From an uncultured Gammaproteobacteria bacterium (lineage in GTDB: Bacteria > Patescibacteriota > Microgenomatia > Levybacterales > UBA12049), in the NCBI GenBank assembly GCA_964366705.1, contig CAYIUZ010000001.1, positions 1-30,284 on the forward strand: 30,284 nucleotides of DNA. Direction: 5' to 3'. Position 1 is the first letter of the stretch. Each line of letters starts with the position of its first letter. Position numbers and translations under genes: made by a program. The notes beneath the pieces were generated by a model, which saw only the letters and a program-made list of their open reading frames with translations, was not told the origin of the DNA and did not search any database. This document shows positions 1 through 7,521 of the stretch, one piece after another.

Positions 1-1
1 T

Positions 2-2659
2 TATTGGACGATGAAAGGCTATCGTGTCCGCCGTGTTTGGGGCTGGGATGGACACGGGCTCCCAGTAGAGAATAAAGTTGAAAACACGCTTGAAATAAAA
101 AGAAAAAAAGATATAGAAGACATAGTTGGAGTTAAGAAATTTATAGATGAATGTAAAAAATATGTAGAACAAATTTCAGGAGAATGGGAATGGTATGTTC
201 TGCATATCGGACGATGGGTTGATTTTAAAAATGCGTATAAAACATGGGACACGCCGTACATGGAATCCGTCATGTGGGTATTTAAGCAAATGTATGTGAG
301 AGGGCATATCTACAAAGGAATTAAGGTTACGCTTTTTTGTCCACATTGTTCAACTCCTATTTCAAACTTTGAAGTTGCAATGGATGCAGATAATTATAAA
401 GACACAAAAGATCAGGGAACCACTTATAAATATGAGTTAAAAGCTGAAACCGGAACGTTTGTTTTAGCATGGTCTACAACTCCTTGGAATAAAATTGTCA
501 CCTCAGCACTAGCGGTAAACCCAAAACTTAAATATGTAAAAGTTCTTCAAAACGAAGAAAATTATATTCTTGCAAAAACAACAATTAAAACTTTAGGAAA
601 ACAAAACACTTATAAGATTGTCGATGAGTTTGATGGTAGTGAATTGGTTGGTAAAAAATTTATTCCTCATTATGGTTTCTATGAAATAAAAGAGGGTGAA
701 AAAGCTTTCGAAATAATCGGTGGAGAATTTGTAACTGCAGAAGAAGGAACTGGAGTTGTAACAATTGCGCCGTACGGAGAAGAAGATTTGAAGGCGATGA
801 ATGAGAATAAAATTCACATTGAAATTCATCTGGACGAAGAAGGAAATGTGAAAGAAAATGTTCCAAAGTTTTCGGGTATGTATTATTTAAAAGCAAATAA
901 AGCAGTTAATGAAGATCTCGCGTCACGCGGGCTGATTTACAAAGACGAAGAAATTACTCATTCAGTTCCTCTTTGCTGGAGGTGCCACACGCGCCTTTAT
1001 TATGCGCCGATTGATGCCTGGTATGTAAATGTTCAAAACATTAAGGCAGAGCTTATAAAAACAAACGAAGAAATTAATTGGTTTCCGAAGCATTTTAAAC
1101 ACGGAAGATTTTTAAAGAGTCTTGAAAATGCACCTGATTGGAATATTTCAAGGAATAGATATTGGGGTAGTCCAGTTCCTGTTTGGGAATGCGAATGTGG
1201 AGAGCGTTTTGTTCCAGGATCAATTAAAGAACTGGAAGAAAGAAGTTCTCAAAAAGTTACAAATTTACATAAGCCAGATATTGACGAAATTGAAATTGAT
1301 TGTAAAAAATGCGAGAAAAAAGTTAAAAGAGTCCCTGAAGTTTTAGACAGCTGGATTGAGGCAGGAAGTGCCTCTTTTGCAGAACGTCACTACCCATTTG
1401 AAAATGATCAAAAGTTAGAAGAGTTTTTCCCACCAGATTTTATCGCAGAATATACAGGGCAAATTAGAGCATGGTTTTATGTTTTGCATGTAATTGGAGG
1501 CGCACTTTATAAATCCAAAGCATTTAAAAATGTAGCAGTTGAAGGTGTAATACTTGGAACAGACGGAAGAAAAATGAGTAAGAATCTTGGAAACTATCCA
1601 GACCCCAAGGAGTTACTTAATAAATATGGAGGAGACGCGCTAAGATTTTATTTGATGTCCTCGCCAATTATGAATGGAGAAGACATAATTATTTCTGAAG
1701 ACCAATACCGCCAGCAGGTAAAAGGTTTGCTTCTTATTTTATGGAATACTTATAATTTTTTTGTGAGCTATGCAAATGTAGACGGATGGACGAAGGATAA
1801 TTTAAATGAAAACTCAGAAGATGTATTAGATAAATGGGTAATTACTCTTCTTAACAAGCTTACAGAAGATGTTACAAAAGATCTCGATAAATATGACACT
1901 GTTTCGGCAATTTCTGAAATTGGAAAATTTATTGATGAATTCTCAACGTGGTATGTAAGAAGAAGTAGAGATAGGGTCGGACCCTCAGCAACAGATGAAT
2001 CAGACAGAAATGCATTTTATTCAACTTGTTTTGAAGTATTGACTACTCTTTGTAAATTAATCGCTCCAATCGCGCCTTTCATGGTAGAGGAGATGTATAA
2101 AAATCTCACAGGAGAGGAGTCAGTCCATCTTTCAGTTTGGCCAGAAGAAAAAAACTATGATTCAAGATTAATAAATGACATGGACATTGTCAGGCGAATC
2201 GTTGAACTAATTCATGCAATTAGAAAAGATAAAGGAATCAAGGTAAGACAGCCGCTTAGCAGAATTGGATTTTTTGGCGAACCCTTAGAGGAGAAGGAAA
2301 ACTTAAAGTTATACGAAAAAATTATATTGGCAGAATTAAACATTAAAAGTATTGATTACATGAACTATTCAGATATGCCAAAAGGAGAAGGAATAGTTGA
2401 TGTAACGGACAATGAAAATTACAAAAAAAGAATGAGTTTATTTTTAGATATTAATATTACGGAAGATCTTAAAGCCGAGGGAGATGCTAGGGATATTGTT
2501 AGGAAAATTCAGGCGGAAAGAAAAGTCATGGGAACATCTTTGGATGAAAAAGTTAATGTTTCTCTGGAAGTATGGCCAAGCGAATTTGAAGACGAGATTA
2601 AAAGAAAAGCGTTAATAAATAATTTGACAAAGGGCGAATTTAAAGTTACAAAGGTGTAA
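2..2659 (+). CDS. ileS: Isoleucine--tRNA ligase, type 2 (IleRS2); 5' end lies outside the window
   Basis: Frame is open from base 2 (YWTMKGY...), so the track's ATG at 11 is internal. Motifs: GWDGHGLPVE, WSTTPW, DWNISRNRYWG, KMSKN (KMSKS-type), STWYVRRSRDR. C-terminus EGDARDIVRKIQAERK has no Zn finger, as in type 2. The HIGH motif is upstream of the window. Confidence 0.97.
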   Translation, partial: YWTMKGYRVRRVWGWDGHGLPVENKVENTLEIKRKKDIEDIVGVKKFIDECKKYVEQISGEWEWYVLHIGRWVDFKNAYKTWDTPYMESVMWVFKQMYVRGHIYKGIKVTLFCPHCSTPISNFEVAMDADNYKDTKDQGTTYKYELKAETGTFVLAWSTTPWNKIVTSALAVNPKLKYVKVLQNEENYILAKTTIKTLGKQNTYKIVDEFDGSELVGKKFIPHYGFYEIKEGEKAFEIIGGEFVTAEEGTGVVTIAPYGEEDLKAMNENKIHIEIHLDEEGNVKENVPKFSGMYYLKANKAVNEDLASRGLIYKDEEITHSVPLCWRCHTRLYYAPIDAWYVNVQNIKAELIKTNEEINWFPKHFKHGRFLKSLENAPDWNISRNRYWGSPVPVWECECGERFVPGSIKELEERSSQKVTNLHKPDIDEIEIDCKKCEKKVKRVPEVLDSWIEAGSASFAERHYPFENDQKLEEFFPPDFIAEYTGQIRAWFYVLHVIGGALYKSKAFKNVAVEGVILGTDGRKMSKNLGNYPDPKELLNKYGGDALRFYLMSSPIMNGEDIIISEDQYRQQVKGLLLILWNTYNFFVSYANVDGWTKDNLNENSEDVLDKWVITLLNKLTEDVTKDLDKYDTVSAISEIGKFIDEFSTWYVRRSRDRVGPSATDESDRNAFYSTCFEVLTTLCKLIAPIAPFMVEEMYKNLTGEESVHLSVWPEEKNYDSRLINDMDIVRRIVELIHAIRKDKGIKVRQPLSRIGFFGEPLEEKENLKLYEKIILAELNIKSIDYMNYSDMPKGEGIVDVTDNENYKKRMSLFLDINITEDLKAEGDARDIVRKIQAERKVMGTSLDEKVNVSLEVWPSEFEDEIKRKALINNLTKGEFKVTKV

Positions 2660-3738
2660 TGAAGTTTTTCGCGCTTTTCTCAATTGACTGGCTTCTCATG
2701 ATTGCGGTCGGAGTTTTACTCACTTTTAGTCTTGTCTCGCTTTACTCCATAGACTTTGCAATTTTTAAAAGCCAGCTTATTTTCAGCATTTTATCACTAG
2801 CCGTATTTTTTGTTTTTTCTCAGTTAAATCCTTCGATTTTTAAAAATTATACAATTCCGATTTACGTAGGCTCCTTAATTCTTCTAATTGCAGTTTTATT
2901 TTTAGGAGTTGAAAGTAGGGGGAGTGTCAGATGGTTTACTATTTTTGGAGTTGGAATTCAATTCTCGGAACTTTTAAAACCATTTCTAGCAATTTCAATC
3001 GCATCGCATTTATCAAGTTTAAAATCTTATTCGTTTAAATCTTTTCTTATTTCTCTTGTCTTTATGTTCCCAATTGCGCTTCTAATTTTTCTTCAGCCGG
3101 ATTTAGGAAATGCATTAATTTATGTATTTGTAGTCATGGGACTTTTACTTGTTTACGGATATCCATTCAAATGGTTTTTTGCGGGATTCTTAATGTGGCT
3201 TGCGAGTATTCCGTTTCTTTGGGTGCTTTTACACGAATATCAAAGACAAAGAGTTCTTACTTTTTTAAATCCCTCCCGTGATCCCCTAGGTGCTTCATAC
3301 AATGCGATTCAAGCTGTAATTGCAGTTGGATCCGGTATGTTAATTGGACGCGGTCTTGGACAGGGGACACAGGCGGAGCTACGGTTTCTTCCAGAACGTC
3401 ATACTGATTTTATTTTCGCAACAATTTCTGAAGAACTTGGTTTTGTGGGGTCTTTGATAATAATTCTTGCGTTTTCATTCATCTTTTTCAGACTTTACTT
3501 GATCATAAAGAATGCTGATGATAAATTTTCCAAGATGTTCTCGATTACTGCATTTTTTATAATATTTGTTCATTTCTTTGTAAATGTAGGAATGAACATA
3601 GGAATTGTGCCTATTGTGGGAGTCACTTTACCATTTGTATCATATGGCGGAAGCTCGCTTTTATCCAATTTTATTCTATTAGGGCTATTGTTTGCCCTTA
3701 ATAAAGGAAAAAGGCGAGAAGTATTGGAAATACGTTAG
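2659..3738 (+). CDS. rodA: SEDS family peptidoglycan glycosyltransferase, rod shape-determining protein RodA
   Basis: Multi-TM protein with RGSVRW, IQFSE, LQPDLG, FLPERHTDFIF, LPFVSYGGSSLL. TAATG overlap with the ileS stop. FtsW is not formally excluded. Confidence 0.88.
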   Translation: MKFFALFSIDWLLMIAVGVLLTFSLVSLYSIDFAIFKSQLIFSILSLAVFFVFSQLNPSIFKNYTIPIYVGSLILLIAVLFLGVESRGSVRWFTIFGVGIQFSELLKPFLAISIASHLSSLKSYSFKSFLISLVFMFPIALLIFLQPDLGNALIYVFVVMGLLLVYGYPFKWFFAGFLMWLASIPFLWVLLHEYQRQRVLTFLNPSRDPLGASYNAIQAVIAVGSGMLIGRGLGQGTQAELRFLPERHTDFIFATISEELGFVGSLIIILAFSFIFFRLYLIIKNADDKFSKMFSITAFFIIFVHFFVNVGMNIGIVPIVGVTLPFVSYGGSSLLSNFILLGLLFALNKGKRREVLEIR

Positions 3739-3752
3739 TTTTTTGGTATAAT
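3724..3752 (+). promoter_or_regulatory. Sigma70 promoter for rplU
   Basis: TTGGAA (3724-3729), 17-bp spacer, TATAAT (3747-3752) preceded by TGn (extended -10). Confidence 0.75.
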
Positions 3753-3755
3753 TTA

Positions 3756-3797
3756 CCCGCCTGCAATTGCCTTCGGCAAAAGCCGATGGCGGGCAGG
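3756..3797 (+). other. GC-rich structured element in the rplU 5' leader
   Basis: 28 of 42 nt are G/C. CCCGCC/GGCGGG enclose the hairpin TCGGC-AAAA-GCCGA. Alternative pairings are CCTGC/GCAGG and TTGCC-TTC-GGCAA. Confidence 0.55.
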
Positions 3798-3806
3798 AAG
3801 CTATAT

Positions 3807-4187
3807 ATGCAATACGCAGTGATTAAATCTGGAGGAAAACAATATAAAGTTTCAGCAGGAGACACTTTAACGGTTGATAAAATCGATCTAAATGGTAAAA
3901 AAAATTATACTTTTGAAGAGGTTTTACTAGTCGTAAATGAAGGTAAAGTAACCCTGGGAAAACCAAGCATAAAAGGAGCAGTCGTGACAGCAGCCTTAGT
4001 AGATCAGGTTAAAGGAGATAAAATAAGAATCGCCAAATTTAAGGCCAAATCTAGATATAGAAAAGTTATGGGCTTTAGGCCACAGCATACAATTCTTAAG
4101 ATTGAAAAAATTGAAGTAGGTAATACAAAAATTACTGAAAAAGTCGAGAAGGCAACTAAAACTGCACCAACTGAACCAAAAAAGTAG
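3807..4187 (+). CDS. rplU: 50S ribosomal protein L21 with a short Lys/Thr-rich C-terminal tail
   Basis: MQYAVIKSGGKQYKV...KFKAKSRYRKVMGFRPQHT. Start placed at ATG 3807, the family N-terminus. The track's ATG 3786 lies inside the leader hairpin. Confidence 0.96.
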   Translation: MQYAVIKSGGKQYKVSAGDTLTVDKIDLNGKKNYTFEEVLLVVNEGKVTLGKPSIKGAVVTAALVDQVKGDKIRIAKFKAKSRYRKVMGFRPQHTILKIEKIEVGNTKITEKVEKATKTAPTEPKK

Positions 4188-4202
4188 AGAAAGATCTACT
4201 TT
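4181..4202 (+). terminator. Possible weak terminator hairpin over the rplU stop
   Basis: AAAGTAGA-GAAAGA-TCTACTTT: 8-bp AT-rich stem with no clear U-tract. Confidence 0.3.
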
Positions 4203-4208
4203 GACTTA

Positions 4209-4237
4209 TTGACCTTTGTGAAAATTAAAGCTAAAAT
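4209..4237 (+). promoter_or_regulatory. Sigma70 promoter for rpmA-parB
   Basis: TTGACC (4209-4214), 17-bp spacer, TAAAAT (4232-4237). Confidence 0.7.
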
Positions 4238-4268
4238 TTTATAAGTTTTCACAAGACTATAAACCTAT

Positions 4269-4313
4269 ATGGCCCATTCGGCATTAGCTCAGGGTCATAG
4301 TGAATGGAAATGA
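4269..4313 (+). CDS. Putative 14-aa upstream ORF (MAHSALAQGHSEWK) in the rpmA leader
   Basis: ATG GCC CAT TCG GCA TTA GCT CAG GGT CAT AGT GAA TGG AAA TGA, ending 4 nt before the rpmA ATG. No evidence of translation. Confidence 0.3.
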   Translation: MAHSALAQGHSEWK

Positions 4314-4317
4314 ATCT

Positions 4318-4572
4318 ATGGCACATACAAAAGCACAAGGATCGGTAAAAGGAAATAGAGACTCGAAATCAAAGCGCTTAGGCGTTAAGCTTTATGCCGG
4401 ACAGAATGCAACACCAGGTAATATCTTAATAAGACAGCGAGGATCAAAAGTGTATCCTGGTACTGGAGTTCAAATGGGAAAAGACTACACTCTTTTTTCA
4501 GTTGCTAACGGAACAGTAGAGTTCATAACAAAAAGAGGAAAAAAGTTAGTTCAAGTAATAGTGCCGAAATAA
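4318..4572 (+). CDS. rpmA: 50S ribosomal protein L27
   Basis: MAHTKAQGSVKGNRDSKSKRLGVK...GNILIRQRGSKVYPGTGVQMGKDYTLFS. Start at ATG 4318 rather than the track's GTG 4300. Confidence 0.97.
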   Translation: MAHTKAQGSVKGNRDSKSKRLGVKLYAGQNATPGNILIRQRGSKVYPGTGVQMGKDYTLFSVANGTVEFITKRGKKLVQVIVPK

Positions 4573-5391
4573 ATGGATAATCAGCAGGAAGCAGTAATAA
4601 CAGAACTCGAAGTAGGAATGCTTCAGAGCAATCCTCTACAGCCTAGAGGTATAATATCCCCCGATTCTCTCACGGAGCTTGCAGATTCAATTAGAGAACA
4701 AGGAATCCTAGAGCCAATAGTTGTCGCAAGTACACCAGCTGGATATCAAATTATTGCAGGAGAAAGAAGATGGAGAGCTTCTAAGTTAATAGGCCTTGAA
4801 AAAGTGCCAGTTGTTATTAAGAAGACATCCCCGCAGCAGATGTTAGAAATGGCAATCGTTGAAAACGTTCAAAGAGAAGATCTTAACCCAATTGAAAGAG
4901 CTCAAGCTTATAAAAGACTTATTGATGAATTCGGGCTAGGAACAAATGAGGTTGCTAGGAAAGTTGGTAAAAGTGCCCCGACTGTTTCAAATACAATTAG
5001 ACTTCTTTCCCTCCCAGATGCTATTAAGGACGCGCTTGTCGCAGGTGTGATCACAGAGGGACACGTTAGGCCTCTTATTTCAGTAGGAGACAGCAAGATG
5101 ATGCTTGAACTATTCAAGAAGATACTTAAAGACAATAGTACTGTTAGGCAGACCGAGGATATGGCTCGTCAAGTTAAGGGAGAGGTTGAGCAAAGAGCTC
5201 CTAAGAAAACTGATAAGCTTTGGGTACCTGAGCTAGATGAAATGGCGAAAAATATTAAAGAGAAAAGATCGCTTGATAAGGTTTCAATTTTCCAATCCCG
5301 TTCAAAAGCTAGAGTTGTAATTGAAATTGGTGGAGATGTAGAAATAACTGGTCCAAAAGTTCAGGAAATAGTATCTCTCTTGACCGCTTAA
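4573..5391 (+). CDS. parB: ParB/Spo0J family CTPase DNA-binding protein (no adjacent parA)
   Basis: NPLQPR, GILEPIVV, IAGERRWRA (GxxRxxA), ENVQREDLNPIE, HTH NEVARKVGKSAPTVSNTIRLL. Abuts the rpmA stop (TAAATG). Confidence 0.9.
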   Translation: MDNQQEAVITELEVGMLQSNPLQPRGIISPDSLTELADSIREQGILEPIVVASTPAGYQIIAGERRWRASKLIGLEKVPVVIKKTSPQQMLEMAIVENVQREDLNPIERAQAYKRLIDEFGLGTNEVARKVGKSAPTVSNTIRLLSLPDAIKDALVAGVITEGHVRPLISVGDSKMMLELFKKILKDNSTVRQTEDMARQVKGEVEQRAPKKTDKLWVPELDEMAKNIKEKRSLDKVSIFQSRSKARVVIEIGGDVEITGPKVQEIVSLLTA

Positions 5392-5427
5392 AAAAAGTCA
5401 GACTTTTTAAAGGAAGTCTGACTTCCT
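5392..5427. repeat. Two adjacent 17-bp odd-centred palindromes sharing the core AAGTCWGACTT
   Basis: AAAAAGTC-A-GACTTTTT (5392-5408) and AGGAAGTC-T-GACTTCCT (5411-5427). The two cores are also reverse complements of each other. They sit between the convergent parB and lepB stops. Confidence 0.85.
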
Positions 5428-5983
5428 AAAAAGGATTTTTTATAAATCCTGCATCGCTTGCTGGCCAATAAATAAATTTAGAAATTCCAATTATATTTTT
5501 TTTAGGAACAAGCCCCCATTCCCTGGAATCAGAGCTGTAAGATCTATTATCTCCTAATACAAAAAAGTATTCCTCGGGAACCACTATGCTTTGACCTTCT
5601 TTAAGAAATGATCCGCCATAAGTTTTTACTGATGAATCCAAATATTTACTTTCATCAAGCTGTTTATCATTTAAATATACTTTTCCTTCAAGAATCGATA
5701 TTTTGTCTCCTTTAATTCCTATAACTCTTTTTATAAAATCTTTTTCTGGTTCATTTGGCGCTTTGAATACCACGACATCTCCAAGTTTCGGGTCACCAAT
5801 TTTAAGACTTATGATGTTTGTTATTAGATATTGATGATTATGAAGATTTGGGTACATAGACTCACCATTAACTTCAAAAGGCCGAAAGAGAAACATATAT
5901 ACAACTACAAATGCTGCTGCTGCGAGGATAAGGGTTTGGAGTATGTCTAAAAGAAAAAAATAGGCCTTTCGAAGGGCTTCCAT
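5426..5983 (-). CDS. lepB: Signal peptidase I
   Basis: One N-terminal TM, catalytic Ser (NGESMYP), Lys (FIKRVIG) and GDNRSYSSDSR. Start placed at ATG 5983 (MEALRK); 6001 is the alternative. Confidence 0.95.
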   Translation of the reverse strand: MEALRKAYFFLLDILQTLILAAAAFVVVYMFLFRPFEVNGESMYPNLHNHQYLITNIISLKIGDPKLGDVVVFKAPNEPEKDFIKRVIGIKGDKISILEGKVYLNDKQLDESKYLDSSVKTYGGSFLKEGQSIVVPEEYFFVLGDNRSYSSDSREWGLVPKKNIIGISKFIYWPASDAGFIKNPF

Positions 5984-5991
5984 ATCAACTA

Positions 5992-6020
5992 ATTCTCCCA
6001 TTCTAGCCTTGCTTTGTCAA
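5992..6020 (-). promoter_or_regulatory. Possible sigma70 promoter for lepB
   Basis: Minus strand TTGACA (6020-6015), 17-bp spacer, GAGAAT (5997-5992). The -10 is weak. It ends 8 nt before ATG 5983. Confidence 0.4.
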
Positions 6021-6037
6021 ATAGAAAAAGGTATTCT
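6009..6037 (+). promoter_or_regulatory. Sigma70 promoter for tRNA-Val, overlapping the divergent lepB promoter
   Basis: TTGCTT (6009-6014), 17-bp spacer, TATTCT (6032-6037), 10 nt upstream of the tRNA. Confidence 0.6.
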
Positions 6038-6047
6038 AGGGGTAATT

Positions 6048-6121
6048 GGATTTGTAGCTCAGATGGTTAGAGCGGTCGCATCACACGCGACAGGCCGGAG
6101 GTTCGAATCCTCTCAAATCCA
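6048..6121 (+). tRNA. tRNA-Val(CAC); CCA not encoded
   Basis: Full cloverleaf: acceptor GGATTTG/CAAATCC, D stem GCTC/GAGC, anticodon stem GTCGC/GCGAC with loop ATCACAC (CAC at 6082-6084), T loop TTCGAAT, discriminator A6121 followed by CAA. Confidence 0.95.
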
Positions 6122-6126
6122 CAACT

Positions 6127-7509
6127 ATGCCTCGATTATTTAAAAAATTTCAATTTAATAAAAATAAAAACTGGATCATTTTTTATTTAGCTTTATTATT
6201 TGTTCTTGTTTCGGTTTTTCTTCTTGAGTTTAGAATCGTGGGTCAGTCTGTGTACGGAGACGCAAGGTACTACATGGCGTTTACAAGATCAATTTATTTC
6301 TCCCAGATTTTAGATATTAGTGACGAAATGGCACACGTTTGGAGCCCGGAAAGCAATAATCTCCCGGCAAGTTTTACTCCAGTTCCTGATCTTCAAAAAA
6401 TAGCTAAAGTCATAACTCATAATTTTTCTCTGGGAATATCAATCATATGGATTCCAATTTATTTTATCGCTGACGTTTTAGTAATTATTTTTTCAAAGTT
6501 AGACCCCAATATTATTAGAAATGGTTACAGTGATATTTATCAGATAGTTTTAGGAATTGGAAATATTTTTTTTGTAGTAAGCGGACTTTTTTTACTTTCA
6601 AAAATTCTTTTGAAATTTTTTTCAAAAGAAATTACTTCGCTTTCTATTATGTTAATTTTATTTTCTACTAACCTTTTTTATTACAGTGCAATTGACGTAG
6701 TTAATACGCATCCATTTTCTTTTTTTGGGACCTCATTATTGATCTATCTGTATTTTAAATATAAAGAAAATAAGAGGTTTAAAATAATATTTACCCAAGG
6801 AGTAATTTTAGGATTAATGACAGCAAATAGAATGCAAGACGGAATTCTAATTTTAATTCCTATTTTAACAATTCTATCGGGAATAAAATTTAAAAAAATA
6901 AAAAAAGAAAAAGAAATTATAAAGATTTTAATACTGGGTTTAGGCGGAATAATAGGATACTTGCCTCAATTAATTTTATTATTTTTAGGGCAAAATCGTA
7001 TATTATTGATTCCTCATCTTGCAAAAGCAGAATCTGATTTCATGCCATTTAGACACGTTTTAGATATTCTATTTAACCAAAAGCTCGGAATATTTTTCTA
7101 CATGCCAATTTTATTTGCATCAGTTTTTGGCCTATTTCTTTTTAGAAAAAATAATAAGACGCTGGGAACAGTTTTTATACTTATTTTCATGTTAGTTTTC
7201 ATTTTAATTTCTAGTTACGATGGGTGGAATGTTGCAGGTTATACTGCCAGATACTTTATAAGTGTTTTCCCAATTTTAATTTTTGGAATTGCTGAAGTTG
7301 TAAATAGAATTAAAAAAAGATATTCAAATTTATTCTTGTATTCACTAATTGCAATCTTTATTCTTCATCAAGAACTGAGCATTTTATCGTTTAAATTATT
7401 TTTGCAGGATTCTACTTTTGTAGGATCTGAACTATCAAGTTCTGGACAATTAAAAATTCAAATTTTAGAAATTATTTCTAAATACTTACAGTTTTTGTTA
7501 TTATGGTAA
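6127..7509 (+). CDS. Polytopic membrane protein, probable GT-C fold glycosyltransferase
   Basis: About 11-12 hydrophobic segments, with an acidic motif (YGDARYY) in the loop after TM1 as in GT-C enzymes. Confidence 0.6.
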   Translation: MPRLFKKFQFNKNKNWIIFYLALLFVLVSVFLLEFRIVGQSVYGDARYYMAFTRSIYFSQILDISDEMAHVWSPESNNLPASFTPVPDLQKIAKVITHNFSLGISIIWIPIYFIADVLVIIFSKLDPNIIRNGYSDIYQIVLGIGNIFFVVSGLFLLSKILLKFFSKEITSLSIMLILFSTNLFYYSAIDVVNTHPFSFFGTSLLIYLYFKYKENKRFKIIFTQGVILGLMTANRMQDGILILIPILTILSGIKFKKIKKEKEIIKILILGLGGIIGYLPQLILLFLGQNRILLIPHLAKAESDFMPFRHVLDILFNQKLGIFFYMPILFASVFGLFLFRKNNKTLGTVFILIFMLVFILISSYDGWNVAGYTARYFISVFPILIFGIAEVVNRIKKRYSNLFLYSLIAIFILHQELSILSFKLFLQDSTFVGSELSSSGQLKIQILEIISKYLQFLLLW

Positions 7510-7512
7510 AAT
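7504..7512 (+). promoter_or_regulatory. Extended -10 promoter
   Basis: TGGTAAAAT, 9 nt before ATG 7522. No convincing -35. Confidence 0.45.
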
Positions 7513-7521
7513 TACTCTCAA

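Noticed and set aside
1572-1586. KMSKN instead of KMSKS in IleRS
   Set aside because: The fifth position varies among type 2 IleRS. The more informative HIGH motif is outside the window.
4280-4292. GCATTAGCTCAG resembling a tRNA 5'/D-arm
   Set aside because: No anticodon arm, T-loop or acceptor complement follows.
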